Below the pieces are notes generated by a model. The model was not told the DNA's origin. It was given only the letters and a program-made list of their open reading frames with translations, and made no database searches. The translations under genes were made by a program, and so were the position numbers. A DNA stretch of 64,000 nt from an uncultured Gammaproteobacteria bacterium (GTDB lineage: Bacteria; Patescibacteriota; Patescibacteriia; Buchananbacterales; UBA6539), in the NCBI GenBank assembly GCA_964540635.1, contig CAZINP010000001.1:9540-73539 (forward strand). The letters are read 5' to 3'. How positions within the stretch are numbered: the first letter of the stretch is position 1; each line of letters opens with the position of its first letter. Below are positions 44,290 through 53,472 of the stretch, one piece after another.

Positions 44290-44500
44290 TGTTTTCTCCT
44301 TTTCTGTAGTAGACAACACCGCCCACTTTTCTGGAAACAACCACCAAACGTTCTTTTTGAAGAGCCTCAATCGCTCTTTCCACCTCCTGGTGAGTACAAA
44401 AACCCAATGAGGCCGTTAGCGATCGCTTAAGAGCACAAACATTGCAGTCGCTGCTGTGCTCCAAAATCTTCAAAACTTCACCCTGTACATCCCTAGACAT
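44279..44500 (-). CDS. Small hypothetical protein, possible winged helix with CxxC
   Basis: MSRDVQ...CNVC...EVERAIEALQKERLV......GGVVYYR; AAGGA RBS; overlaps purM start. Confidence 0.55.
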   Translation of the reverse strand: MSRDVQGEVLKILEHSSDCNVCALKRSLTASLGFCTHQEVERAIEALQKERLVVVSRKVGGVVYYRKGENNEQ

Positions 44501-44620
44501 GAAAGTTTCCTTTCCTTGAGTTTTCAAAAAAGCGAAGCCTTCAAAAAATTGTCGGCTTGACGCCTTTATCTTATATATAATAAAGTGGCTTGTCAAATAA
44601 ATTTATGCTAAAATAAAACC

Positions 44621-46093
44621 ATGAAAACCAACTACGAAAAATCGTTTAAATTGTGGGAAAAACAGCCCTTTTTGAAGCGGCTTTTTTCTAAATATCCGAA
44701 AGCCAAGGCTTATTTGGTTGGCGGCGCCGTGCGCGATGCGATCCTAGAGAAACCAACAAAAGATTATGACTTTGTTATCGCCGGCCTGGAACCAAAGCTG
44801 TTGGAAAAATTTTTGCTTACCCAGGGCAAGGTTAATTTGGTTGGCAAACACTTTGGGGTTTTTAAATTTAAACCCAAGGGCTGGCAAGGGGAAGAAATTG
44901 ATATCGCCCTGCCACGAACCGAACACTCCATTGCTTTCAGCGGCGCTTACAAAGATTTTCTTGTTACCAGCGATCCCAATCTTAAAATAGAAGACGATCT
45001 TTCTCGTCGGGATTTTACAATTAATGCCACGGCTTGGGATTTGAAAGAAAAAAAATTGATTGATCCGTTTGGCGGCCTAAAAGATTTGCAAGGCGGAATT
45101 GTCAAAACTGTTGGCAAGCCCCAGGACAGATTTAAAGAAGATTACTCTCGCATGCTTCGCGCAATTCGTTTTGCCTGTCAACTTAATTTTGAAATTGAAA
45201 CCAGAACCTGGAGTGCCATTAAAAAAAATATAAAAAATTTAAACAAAAAAACCGGCGGCCAAAGAATCGTACCCCTTGAAGTGATTGCCAAAGAATTAAA
45301 CAAAGCTATAATCAATAATCCGATTTGGGCCATAGAACTCTTAGATCAAACCAAGACTATTGATCTGTTTTTCCCCGAACTGCTTAAGCAAAAAAAATGC
45401 CCTCAACCAAAAATTTTTCACAGCGAAGGTGATGCTTGGGCGCATATGATTATTGCTCTAGAAACCCTTTTTAGTAAAAATTTTACCAAAGAGTTTAAAA
45501 ACCAAAAGCCCACCCCTGAGGTTATTTGGGCAGTAATGTTTCATGATATCGGCAAGCCGTTTACCCTAACCATGTCAGATCGTATTCGTTTTAACAATCA
45601 CGACAATGTTTCCGTTAAACTTTGGCAAAAAATTTCAGACGACCTAAGGTTGTCTTCGGCCGGCCTAGACACCGATAAGGTTAAAAACTTAATTGGTAAA
45701 CACATGCTAACGATTCAGTCTCAGGTGATAAATATGAAAGATACCACCTTGGAAAAATACTTTTTTAACCCGCTTTTTCCGGGCGACGAATTAATGATGG
45801 TAATGTTTGCCGATATTTCCGCCACCATTCCGCCGTCAAACAAACCGGATTTTACCAGCTACAATCTACTTAAAAAAAGAATTGAAAAGCTGGGCCGTCA
45901 AGGAAAAAATAAAAAAACTTTGCCCAAGCCCTTTGTTGATGGCCACGATTTAATTAAAAATTTCAAACTTAAATCTAGCCCCCAGATTGGAATAATCCTA
46001 GAAATGCTGCGTGAGGCCCAATTGGCCCAAAAGATAAAAAATAAAACTCAAGGCTTAAAGTATGCCGGCCGATTTATTAAGAAAATCAAATGA
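44621..46093 (+). CDS. cca: CCA tRNA nucleotidyltransferase with HD domain
   Basis: LVGGAVRD, DYD, DLSRRDFTINA, EDYSRMLRAIRF, FHDIGK. Confidence 0.9.
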   Translation: MKTNYEKSFKLWEKQPFLKRLFSKYPKAKAYLVGGAVRDAILEKPTKDYDFVIAGLEPKLLEKFLLTQGKVNLVGKHFGVFKFKPKGWQGEEIDIALPRTEHSIAFSGAYKDFLVTSDPNLKIEDDLSRRDFTINATAWDLKEKKLIDPFGGLKDLQGGIVKTVGKPQDRFKEDYSRMLRAIRFACQLNFEIETRTWSAIKKNIKNLNKKTGGQRIVPLEVIAKELNKAIINNPIWAIELLDQTKTIDLFFPELLKQKKCPQPKIFHSEGDAWAHMIIALETLFSKNFTKEFKNQKPTPEVIWAVMFHDIGKPFTLTMSDRIRFNNHDNVSVKLWQKISDDLRLSSAGLDTDKVKNLIGKHMLTIQSQVINMKDTTLEKYFFNPLFPGDELMMVMFADISATIPPSNKPDFTSYNLLKKRIEKLGRQGKNKKTLPKPFVDGHDLIKNFKLKSSPQIGIILEMLREAQLAQKIKNKTQGLKYAGRFIKKIK

Positions 46094-47079
46094 AAAAAAA
46101 CGAAATAACAATTGAACCGGAAAATAACGGCCAACGCCTGGATAAATTTTTGATTGAAATTCGTCCTGAGATTTCTCGCTCCCAAATCCAAAAGCTGATT
46201 AAGACCGGCCGCATTTTAGTCGAAAACAAACCCGCGAAAGTTCATCGATTTCTAAAAACCGGCGAAAAGGTGTCTTTAATTTTTGAAGAAAATAAACCTA
46301 AGGTTGAGGTAAAAAAAATTTCTCCGGTTCCGGCCGATAAAACCAAAGATTTATTGCCAAAAATAATTTTTGAAACCGATGATTATTTAATTTTGGAAAA
46401 ACCGGCCGGACTGCTGGTGCATGCCACGGAAAAAAATGAAAAAAATACTTTGGTTGATTGGTTATTAAATTACTACCCGCCAATAGAAAAAGTCGGTGAG
46501 GATAAGTATCGAGCCGGTATAATTCATCGCCTGGATAAAGATGTCTCCGGCATTATGGTGGTAGCCAAAAATAACAACGCCTACTTTCATCTTAAAGATC
46601 AATTTAAAGAAAGAAAGGTTAAAAAAGAATATCTGGCGCTTGTTTATGGCCGAATTAAAGATTTTGAAGGTGAAATTGATTTACCAATCGGCCGCAGCAA
46701 AGACGGGCAATTTGTTGCCCACCCCAAAAAGGGTTCTGAAAAATTTCAAGTTGAAGATCGTTGGGCAAAAACAAAATATAAAGTTATTGAATACATCAAA
46801 GACTATTCACTTTTGGAAGTAAAAATTTTAACCGGCAGAACTCACCAAATTCGCGTGCATCTCTCAGCTATTGGCCACCCGATTCTCGGTGATTTAATTT
46901 ACAAACCGAAAAAGAAATTTTTTCATTTATTTTCCAAAAAAATAAAAGTAATAGATCTGTCCAGAATATTCTTGCACTCAATAAAAATCGGATTTTTTGA
47001 TCTGAATGATAATTGGCAAGAATTCCAAAGCCAAGTTCCGGATGAACTAAAAAATTTTTTAGACACTCTTAAAAAATAA
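46090..47079 (+). CDS. RluA family pseudouridine synthase with S4 domain (RluD-like)
   Basis: RLDKFL, KPAGLLVH, HRLDKDVSG, TGRTHQIRVH. Confidence 0.93.
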   Translation: MKKNEITIEPENNGQRLDKFLIEIRPEISRSQIQKLIKTGRILVENKPAKVHRFLKTGEKVSLIFEENKPKVEVKKISPVPADKTKDLLPKIIFETDDYLILEKPAGLLVHATEKNEKNTLVDWLLNYYPPIEKVGEDKYRAGIIHRLDKDVSGIMVVAKNNNAYFHLKDQFKERKVKKEYLALVYGRIKDFEGEIDLPIGRSKDGQFVAHPKKGSEKFQVEDRWAKTKYKVIEYIKDYSLLEVKILTGRTHQIRVHLSAIGHPILGDLIYKPKKKFFHLFSKKIKVIDLSRIFLHSIKIGFFDLNDNWQEFQSQVPDELKNFLDTLKK

Positions 47080-47088
47080 TGCCTTTAT

Positions 47089-47697
47089 ATGGCCAAGACC
47101 TTGAATAAAAAAAACGAACCGGAGATAAACGCCGGCATTTTTATAATTTCTGGGCCGTCGGGTGCGGGCGAAGATGCGGTAATCGATAGACTAAAAAAGA
47201 AAATCAAATTCAATACCGTAATTACCACTGTAACCAGAAAGAAAAGAAAGGGTGAGTCGCAAGGCAAACCATACTACTTTGTTTCCCAAGAAAAATTTAA
47301 AAAAATGTTGAAAGAAAAAATGTTTGTTGAATGGGCTTACGTTTACGGCTGCTATCGTGGCTGTACATATAAAGAAATTAAAAGATTAAAAACAGCCGGC
47401 AAACCCATAGTTTGGAAGGTTGACTGGAAAGGCGTTAAATCAATTAAAAAAATATTCCCTGGGGCCGTAGCCATATTTATTACCGTTCCTTCTTATCAAA
47501 TTTTAGTAAGACGATTGGAAAAACGCGGCCTTGATTCCAAGGAAACCATCAAAAAAAGGGAAAAATACACCAAGGATTGGTTAACCCAAAAAAAATTATA
47601 CGATTATACCGTAATAAACAGAGATAATCACCTGAACCAAGCCGTTGAAAAAATAGAGTCAATAATCAAAAAATCGATAAAAAGACTGGGCAAATAA
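47089..47697 (+). CDS. gmk: Guanylate kinase (non-canonical P-loop)
   Basis: ISGPSGAGED, TTVTR..R.GE..G..YYFVS, EWAYVYG.Y.G, RL..RG.D. Confidence 0.85.
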   Translation: MAKTLNKKNEPEINAGIFIISGPSGAGEDAVIDRLKKKIKFNTVITTVTRKKRKGESQGKPYYFVSQEKFKKMLKEKMFVEWAYVYGCYRGCTYKEIKRLKTAGKPIVWKVDWKGVKSIKKIFPGAVAIFITVPSYQILVRRLEKRGLDSKETIKKREKYTKDWLTQKKLYDYTVINRDNHLNQAVEKIESIIKKSIKRLGK

Positions 47698-47701
47698 ACT
47701 C

Positions 47702-47730
47702 TTGACTTTATTAGAGATTTCGTTTATAAT
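47702..47730 (+). promoter_or_regulatory. Sigma70 promoter of rplS
   Basis: TTGACT-17-TATAAT. Confidence 0.75.
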
Positions 47731-47777
47731 CTAAAAGTGCTTTATCTCTAACAGATAAGTTATTTTATTACAATTTT

Positions 47778-48161
47778 ATGGCTAAAAAAGAAGTAAAAAA
47801 AGTTGACCATGGCGATAAGCTGGCCAAGAAAAAAATCGAAAAAGAGGAAATACCGGAAATTAAACCTGGCATGACCGTAAAGGTTCACCAAAAGATTACC
47901 GAAACCGGTCCTAAGGGCGAAAAACAGCGCATCCAGATTTTTGAAGGCATCATCATTGCTCATAAGCATGGAATGGAGCCGGGTGCGACCATCACCGTTA
48001 GGAAAATTTCTGAGGGAGTTGGCGTGGAAAAAATATTTCCCTTGCACTCACCCAACGTTATTAAGATTGAACCGATTAAACAAGCTAAGGTCAGAAAATC
48101 AAAACTCTACTATCTCAGAGACTATCGCAAACGCTTAAAAGAAAAGGCGATCAAAAAATAA
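47778..48161 (+). CDS. rplS: 50S ribosomal protein bL19
   Basis: RIQIFEG, TVRKIS.GVGVEKIFP.HSP, VRKSKLYYLR. Confidence 0.97.
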   Translation: MAKKEVKKVDHGDKLAKKKIEKEEIPEIKPGMTVKVHQKITETGPKGEKQRIQIFEGIIIAHKHGMEPGATITVRKISEGVGVEKIFPLHSPNVIKIEPIKQAKVRKSKLYYLRDYRKRLKEKAIKK

Positions 48162-48179
48162 ATCAAGTAGATTCCAAAT

Positions 48180-48210
48180 GCCCCGCCCTCGACTTCGTTC
48201 GGGGCGGGGC
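48180..48210. repeat. GC-rich palindrome overlapping the tRNA-Leu promoter
   Basis: gccccgccctcgacttcgttcggggcggggc; TCGACT(48189)-17-TATAAT(48212). Confidence 0.65.
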
Positions 48211-48230
48211 GTATAATATTAATGATATTT

Positions 48231-48315
48231 GCGGACGTGGCGGAATTGGTATACGCGCATGCTTGAGGTGCATGTGCCGCAAGGCTTGGAGGTTCGAGTC
48301 CTCTCGTCCGCACCA
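48231..48315 (+). tRNA. tRNA-Leu (GAG)
   Basis: gcggacg/cgtccgc, catgc-ttGAGgt-gcatg, long variable arm, CCA. Confidence 0.96.
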
Positions 48316-48335
48316 ATTAGAAATAAAATTAATTT

Positions 48336-48409
48336 GGGCAGCTAGCTCAGTTGGTTAGAGCGCCTCGTTTACACCGAGGAGGTCATAGGTTCGACTCCTA
48401 TGCTGCCCA
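48336..48409 (+). tRNA. tRNA-Val (TAC), CCA not encoded
   Basis: gggcagc/gctgccc, cctcg-ttTACac-cgagg. Confidence 0.95.
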
Positions 48410-48424
48410 TTTAAAACCAAAAAT

Positions 48425-48679
48425 ATGTTTCAATTTTTTCTTGGCTTAATTATTGTCATTGTCGGCGCTGTAGTTACTATCAAATCAGACTGGTTTTACA
48501 GAAACTTTGGACCAATCCCCTCATTTGATAAATATTTGGGAACTGAAGGTGGCAGTCGTCTTGGCTATCAAGTAATCGGAATTATTGCCTGCATCATCGG
48601 TTTCATGGTTATGACAAATTTAATTGGCGTCTTCTTGATGGCAACGGTTGGTAGACTTTTTACCGGAAGATTAAACTAA
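48425..48679 (+). CDS. Small 2-TM hypothetical membrane protein
   Basis: 84 aa, two hydrophobic segments around FG.I...DKYLGTEGGSRL.Y. Confidence 0.7.
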   Translation: MFQFFLGLIIVIVGAVVTIKSDWFYRNFGPIPSFDKYLGTEGGSRLGYQVIGIIACIIGFMVMTNLIGVFLMATVGRLFTGRLN

Positions 48680-48694
48680 ACATAAAATATTTTT

Positions 48695-48771
48695 GGGCCC
48701 GTAGTTCAGCTGGTTAGAATGCCTCGTTTGCAACGAGGAGGTCAGCGGTTCGAATCCGCTCGGGTCCACCA
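48695..48771 (+). tRNA. tRNA-Ala (TGC)
   Basis: gggcccg/cgggtcc with G3:U70, cctcg-ttTGCaa-cgagg, CCA. Confidence 0.97.
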
Positions 48772-48853
48772 AAAAATCTCAGTTATGGGATTTTTTTGTT
48801 TGATTTATATAAAAAAATTTGCTAAAATTTAAACGAATTATTAATATTCAAAT

Positions 48854-50401
48854 ATGGACAACCCGGAGAAACAAGGTTATATACCAAGCCAAGAGCAGGA
48901 AAATGCAAACCAAGAAAAAAACGGATTTACTGAAAGCGTCAAAGCAATTGATGAGTTATATCAATTGGTTGTTGACGACGCAGATATGGAAGCAAATAAG
49001 GAAAAAATTCTTCAACTTACCGAAAGAATACTATCTGCATATAATGTATTGGATCATTTCAAAAGAGGTGATGAAGAAAAAGTGGAAGAAAACAATGTGA
49101 ATCCAGTTTCTCCTAAAATTCTGGAGCTACTCCCAACTCTTTCCAAAATGAAAGTAATTCATGGTGCGTTTTCAAAAAAAGATGAAAACGGGCAATCATT
49201 AATTGACAAAAATCCTCAATTAAATTTTTCAATCCGTTTGTTGGAAAGTGACATCAGATACATATTATATGATGGGATTTTACGTCTAGACAATAAAACT
49301 TTAACTGAAATTGATCCGCATCAAGCCAGGGATCTTCTTTTACTTCTTAGATTATCACTAGCCAAAGGCAATGACTCTGAGATAACTGATACGCTCAATT
49401 TTCTTAAAAATTATAAGAATTTATTTGAAAGACTCAATCAATCAAATGGTTCTTTGGAAATCGCAAATGAATATGCCAAACTTCAAGATTTCTTAGACAC
49501 CGAAGAATTTGCAAGAAACCTGATAAGATCATTACACTTTAAACAAACAACATCCAAATCAACTGACACATACCTTGAAAATCAAGAGGGACTCCTTGAA
49601 AGAATTTTTATCAAGTTCGGCCTGAAGCCTGAAGAATTTTATGACATCCTGGACGCATGGGATAGCTTCAATGACGAATCCCGTAAAGATAATATTTTAG
49701 AAGCAAACATGAATACAATCCTCGATTTGGAAAAAGCACGGCTCGGCATCATTGTATTGCTTTATAGAGAATTTGGCATTAGAAACTTTAATCGCTACCC
49801 AAAATCAATTTTAATTGCTCAATTTGACGAATTTAAAAATAATGAAAAGCCTTATGGAATAATCCTTCAGGCCACTCACGACTGGAATAGCGCTTTTTCT
49901 CACAACAATGATGTGTGGGAGGATTTATTCTCTCAAATTAAGGATCAATATGGCTTAAGAATTATTGAAGCCAAAAGCAGGACCGAAATTGCCAGGAATT
50001 TAATTAAACTTAACAGAAGATACGGAGCAAATCATAAAATATCTTTTGCGTTTATTGGTGGTCATGGCAGCAAAAATTCAATTACTCTCGGTAACGAGGA
50101 GGATGACTCTCGAATATTAATTGAAGATTTTTTAGGCAGAGGAGTAAAAAGATTAGGTAATTTTTTTGAACCGAACCCGACCATAGTCTTAAATTCATGT
50201 TCAACCGGAAAAATGGGCGGCATTGGTCAAAGGATGTCAGAAACATACGACACAAAAATAATTGCACCAAATATTCCCGCCTCTCTTAAGAAAATTAATG
50301 CCATAATTTCAAATGGAAATATTGATTTTGATATAAAGTATACAAAAAAAGGAAGAAACAAAAAAGTTGATCAAGCTTTTTCTTCCGGTAAAAAAATATA
50401 A
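48854..50401 (+). CDS. Hypothetical protein with C-terminal caspase/CHAT-like His-Cys motifs
   Basis: 515 aa ORF; AFIGGHG and IVLNSCSTG. Confidence 0.6.
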   Translation: MDNPEKQGYIPSQEQENANQEKNGFTESVKAIDELYQLVVDDADMEANKEKILQLTERILSAYNVLDHFKRGDEEKVEENNVNPVSPKILELLPTLSKMKVIHGAFSKKDENGQSLIDKNPQLNFSIRLLESDIRYILYDGILRLDNKTLTEIDPHQARDLLLLLRLSLAKGNDSEITDTLNFLKNYKNLFERLNQSNGSLEIANEYAKLQDFLDTEEFARNLIRSLHFKQTTSKSTDTYLENQEGLLERIFIKFGLKPEEFYDILDAWDSFNDESRKDNILEANMNTILDLEKARLGIIVLLYREFGIRNFNRYPKSILIAQFDEFKNNEKPYGIILQATHDWNSAFSHNNDVWEDLFSQIKDQYGLRIIEAKSRTEIARNLIKLNRRYGANHKISFAFIGGHGSKNSITLGNEEDDSRILIEDFLGRGVKRLGNFFEPNPTIVLNSCSTGKMGGIGQRMSETYDTKIIAPNIPASLKKINAIISNGNIDFDIKYTKKGRNKKVDQAFSSGKKI

Positions 50402-50446
50402 AAAAACAAATCGTGATCAATTTTAATTATTTTTATCAAAAATCTC

Positions 50447-50475
50447 TTGCGTGAATTTATAATTTATGCTATAAT
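50447..50475 (+). promoter_or_regulatory. Strong sigma70 promoter of the lysine-rich peptide gene
   Basis: TTGCGT-17-TATAAT with extended TG. Confidence 0.7.
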
Positions 50476-50535
50476 TAAGATAATCTAATTTATAAAGCTT
50501 CGATTTTTTTAAATCGTCGCTTAAAGGAGGTTATC

Positions 50536-50661
50536 ATGCCTGCAAAAAAGAAAGCGGCTAAGAAAAAGGTAGCAAAAAGAAAGCCGGCCAAAAAAGTAAC
50601 CAAGAAAAAGGTTGCTAAGAAAAAACCGGCTAAAAAGAAAGTAGCCAAAAAGAGAAGATAA
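50536..50661 (+). CDS. 41-aa histone H1-like Lys/Ala-rich peptide (absent from the ORF track)
   Basis: AAAGGAGG RBS; MPAKKKAAKKKVAKRKPAKKVTKKKVAKKKPAKKKVAKKRR*; own promoter and terminator. Confidence 0.88.
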   Translation: MPAKKKAAKKKVAKRKPAKKVTKKKVAKKKPAKKKVAKKRR

Positions 50662-50673
50662 CATTCTCAATAC

Positions 50674-50705
50674 AAAAACACTCGACCAAAGCGCCGAGTG
50701 TTTTT
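50674..50705. terminator. Bidirectional terminator
   Basis: aaaaacactcg...cgagtgttttt. Confidence 0.75.
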
Positions 50706-50710
50706 GATTA

Positions 50711-51958
50711 TTAAATCAATTTGTCTTGTTTTGGTTTAACGGCTTTAATATTTACGCCAACCTTGCCATACACGCCATCATAACCCGGGGTAATTTTTAC
50801 ATTACCATTTCTTACAGCCAAAATTCCCTGAGCAATTTCTTTGGTGGTTATGTTTTTTAATTCCTCCGGAGTTTTATCAAGTAATATGGCAAACTCATTA
50901 TCACCCTTTTTTATCGCTTCAAAATAATAATTCATTACTTTTTTTGAAGCCTTGCCAACACCGTAAATGTCACTGATAATTTCAGCTAGAGGCACCAAAG
51001 ATTTATAACCAATTGTATCCAACTTATACCCAGCCGGCCTGTCAGCCAAAGCGGCGACTCGATTTAAACCGCCAATCGTCAAAGGTTTTTTGCAAACCGG
51101 ACAAATATTGTTTAATTTTTTTGACTCTTCCGGCAGAAGCGAAACCTTGCAAGCACCGTGACCATCAAGGTGATATTTTCCCTCTTCCGGATAAAATTCA
51201 ATGGTGTACAAAAATCTTTTTTTATCTTTTTTAATTAAAATCTGCGATAAATTATCAAAATCAAAATCATTTTTTACAAATTCAAAAACATTTGCCTCTC
51301 GGCCGAGATTGCTGGGAGAATGAGCATCGGAATTTGAAACCAAGGTAATTTTATCAAGTGCCGAAAGACGCCAATTCATTGGCGGGTCAGAAGATAGGCC
51401 GGTTTCAATCGCATAAATATATTTTTCATATTCGCCGAAACACTCACCTAAAGAATCAAATCCGGAGTATGAACCAAAAACCGAAAACCACGGCGTCCAA
51501 ACGTGAGCCGGGATTATTAATGTTTTTGGATTCACCCCAAAAACAATCGCCGCCAAATCTTTGGCAGATATTCCCATGATCGGTCGACCGTCTGATTTCA
51601 AATTTACCTTTCGCTTTTCCAATTCTAAAATTATTTTATCAACCGTCTCAAAATCAGGCGCTAAAAGACAAGTGTGGATACGTCGCGTTTTCCCTCCTTG
51701 AGAATAAATAGAAGAAAGTTCCGAGCTTAAAATAAAACGAGTTGAGTTTTTATCTGACTTCAACTTAAAAAATCCATTCTCGGCCGGCTGCAACTTTGAC
51801 TTTAATTCTTTAAGCCAGGCCGGATGCGTAAAGTCGCCGGTAGCGACCAAATCAATCCCCTTTATTTTTGCCCATTCGTTTATGTGTTCCAAATCTAAAT
51901 CTTTCGAGCAAGCGCGCGAATATTTTGAATGGATGTGGAGGTCGGCAATAATTCTCAT
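50711..51958 (-). CDS. Endonuclease Q family (PHP domain + Zn finger)
   Basis: ADLHIHSKYSRACS, TGDFTHP, PAHVWTPW, SNSDAHS, GKYH.DGH..C, CPVC, PGYDG.YG. Confidence 0.92.
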   Translation of the reverse strand: MRIIADLHIHSKYSRACSKDLDLEHINEWAKIKGIDLVATGDFTHPAWLKELKSKLQPAENGFFKLKSDKNSTRFILSSELSSIYSQGGKTRRIHTCLLAPDFETVDKIILELEKRKVNLKSDGRPIMGISAKDLAAIVFGVNPKTLIIPAHVWTPWFSVFGSYSGFDSLGECFGEYEKYIYAIETGLSSDPPMNWRLSALDKITLVSNSDAHSPSNLGREANVFEFVKNDFDFDNLSQILIKKDKKRFLYTIEFYPEEGKYHLDGHGACKVSLLPEESKKLNNICPVCKKPLTIGGLNRVAALADRPAGYKLDTIGYKSLVPLAEIISDIYGVGKASKKVMNYYFEAIKKGDNEFAILLDKTPEELKNITTKEIAQGILAVRNGNVKITPGYDGVYGKVGVNIKAVKPKQDKLI

Positions 51959-52049
51959 ATTAGTTTAATAATTTTATCATTATTTTTATAATAAAAAAAG
52001 GGCGCCGAAAACAAACCGAACGCCCGATAAATTTCTCTTTGATGCCATT

Positions 52050-52877
52050 TTAAAAGCATCGCCAATTTTTCAAATGAACATCAACTTCTTGACCGAAACC
52101 GGCCGTTTTCACGTCTTCCAGGGCCGACAAAACGTGAAGAGCATGGGTGCCAAAACGCTCAACTCGATCCTCCTTGTTCGAAGGCGAGTATTCACGATTA
52201 AGCAAACCCAATTCACTGTGATTTTGGTAGATGGCCGGATGCGGCACTTCTACCACTTCTACCGAACCGCCCTCAAAGAGGTAAGAAAGCTTGACCAGCC
52301 CCTCAAGGCAAGTGCCGTAGCGTTCAAGCTTGAGCTCGTGTCCCAAGAAACTTGCAACCAACGCCGGCATAGCCCAGAAACCACTTAAAGGATCAGTGAT
52401 GTCTTTCCATTTTGTTACTGAACGGATGATCGCCGTAAAAGCAACGTTGAGCAAATCGCGGTCAAGGGGCGTGCCATAGCGTTCAGATTCGGGGTGATAG
52501 CGCGAACCGATCACCAAACGAGGCAAATCATCAACACGCAAGCGCGCCAGGATCGGTTCAAGCAAATTGACGTCGTGCTGACCATCAGAATCCATGGTGA
52601 CCAGATAGTCATAACCTTGCTTAACCGTACGCTCATACAGGCGTCGCAGCGAATAGCCCAAGCCGATGTTGCCATTGTTTGAAAGCAGCTTGACCCTATC
52701 GCCAAAAGACAAGACCACATCTTGAGTGTCGTCGTTTGAACCGTCATCGACGACGCAGACATCAAACTCAAGATCTTTGATCGTGCTAGTCACCGCCAGC
52801 AAACGCGGCAAAAAAACTTTCAGGGAAGTTCCCTCATTGCAGGCCGGAACGCCTATCAGACAAACTTTTTTTCTCAT
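52050..52877 (-). CDS. Glycosyltransferase family 2
   Basis: PACNEG, VVDDGSND, MDSDGQH, VIGSRY, TDPLSGF; AAAGGAGG RBS; GC-rich. Confidence 0.9.
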   Translation of the reverse strand: MRKKVCLIGVPACNEGTSLKVFLPRLLAVTSTIKDLEFDVCVVDDGSNDDTQDVVLSFGDRVKLLSNNGNIGLGYSLRRLYERTVKQGYDYLVTMDSDGQHDVNLLEPILARLRVDDLPRLVIGSRYHPESERYGTPLDRDLLNVAFTAIIRSVTKWKDITDPLSGFWAMPALVASFLGHELKLERYGTCLEGLVKLSYLFEGGSVEVVEVPHPAIYQNHSELGLLNREYSPSNKEDRVERFGTHALHVLSALEDVKTAGFGQEVDVHLKNWRCF

Positions 52878-52894
52878 GTGCCCTCCTTTGCGGG

Positions 52895-53467
52895 TCAGGG
52901 TTTGGCTTGTTGAAATAATGACTTAATATACTCAATGGTTTGAGCTAAATTAGTGGAATTATCAACCAGAAACTTATTTTTCATCCGGCTTTTATTAAAA
53001 AAATATCGATATAAATCACGTTTCTCGGTAATTTTCGAAAGGTTCTCATCTCCATAAGGCGCTTCCTTATCCGTTGCCATCCTTGTTTCGATTCTCTCTT
53101 TGATTGCTTGATCATTAAAATCAGCTAAAATATAATACACGCCCAAACGATTTAATTCTTCTTCAATTGGATAAAAGTATTCTTCTTGGTCATAAAATAA
53201 TTTTAAATAAACGCTAGCCGTTAAATGAAAACGATTAAAAATTAAGGGCTCAGCGGTAATATTTTCAAACACCGGCAAAAAAGATTTTAATCTTTTTTGA
53301 TGATAAGCTATGGCCGCTGCTGGATTATTATTCTGCCTGATAAAATCCGGATGAACATAGCCGTGCAGAGTGGTAACAACCGAGTGTACATACTGCTTTT
53401 CTAAAGCTTCAACAATACTGGATTTGCCGGAGAGATTTCCACCCTCAACAATGATTTTTGGCACCAT
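52895..53467 (-). CDS. Thymidylate/dNMP kinase-like P-loop protein
   Basis: IIVEGGNLSGKSS, FNRFHLTASVY. Confidence 0.7.
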   Translation of the reverse strand: MVPKIIVEGGNLSGKSSIVEALEKQYVHSVVTTLHGYVHPDFIRQNNNPAAAIAYHQKRLKSFLPVFENITAEPLIFNRFHLTASVYLKLFYDQEEYFYPIEEELNRLGVYYILADFNDQAIKERIETRMATDKEAPYGDENLSKITEKRDLYRYFFNKSRMKNKFLVDNSTNLAQTIEYIKSLFQQAKP

Positions 53468-53472
53468 AATGA

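Noticed and set aside
39545-50401. Integrated prophage or island at the tRNA genes
   Set aside because: No integrase, phage genes or duplicated tRNA 3' ends were seen
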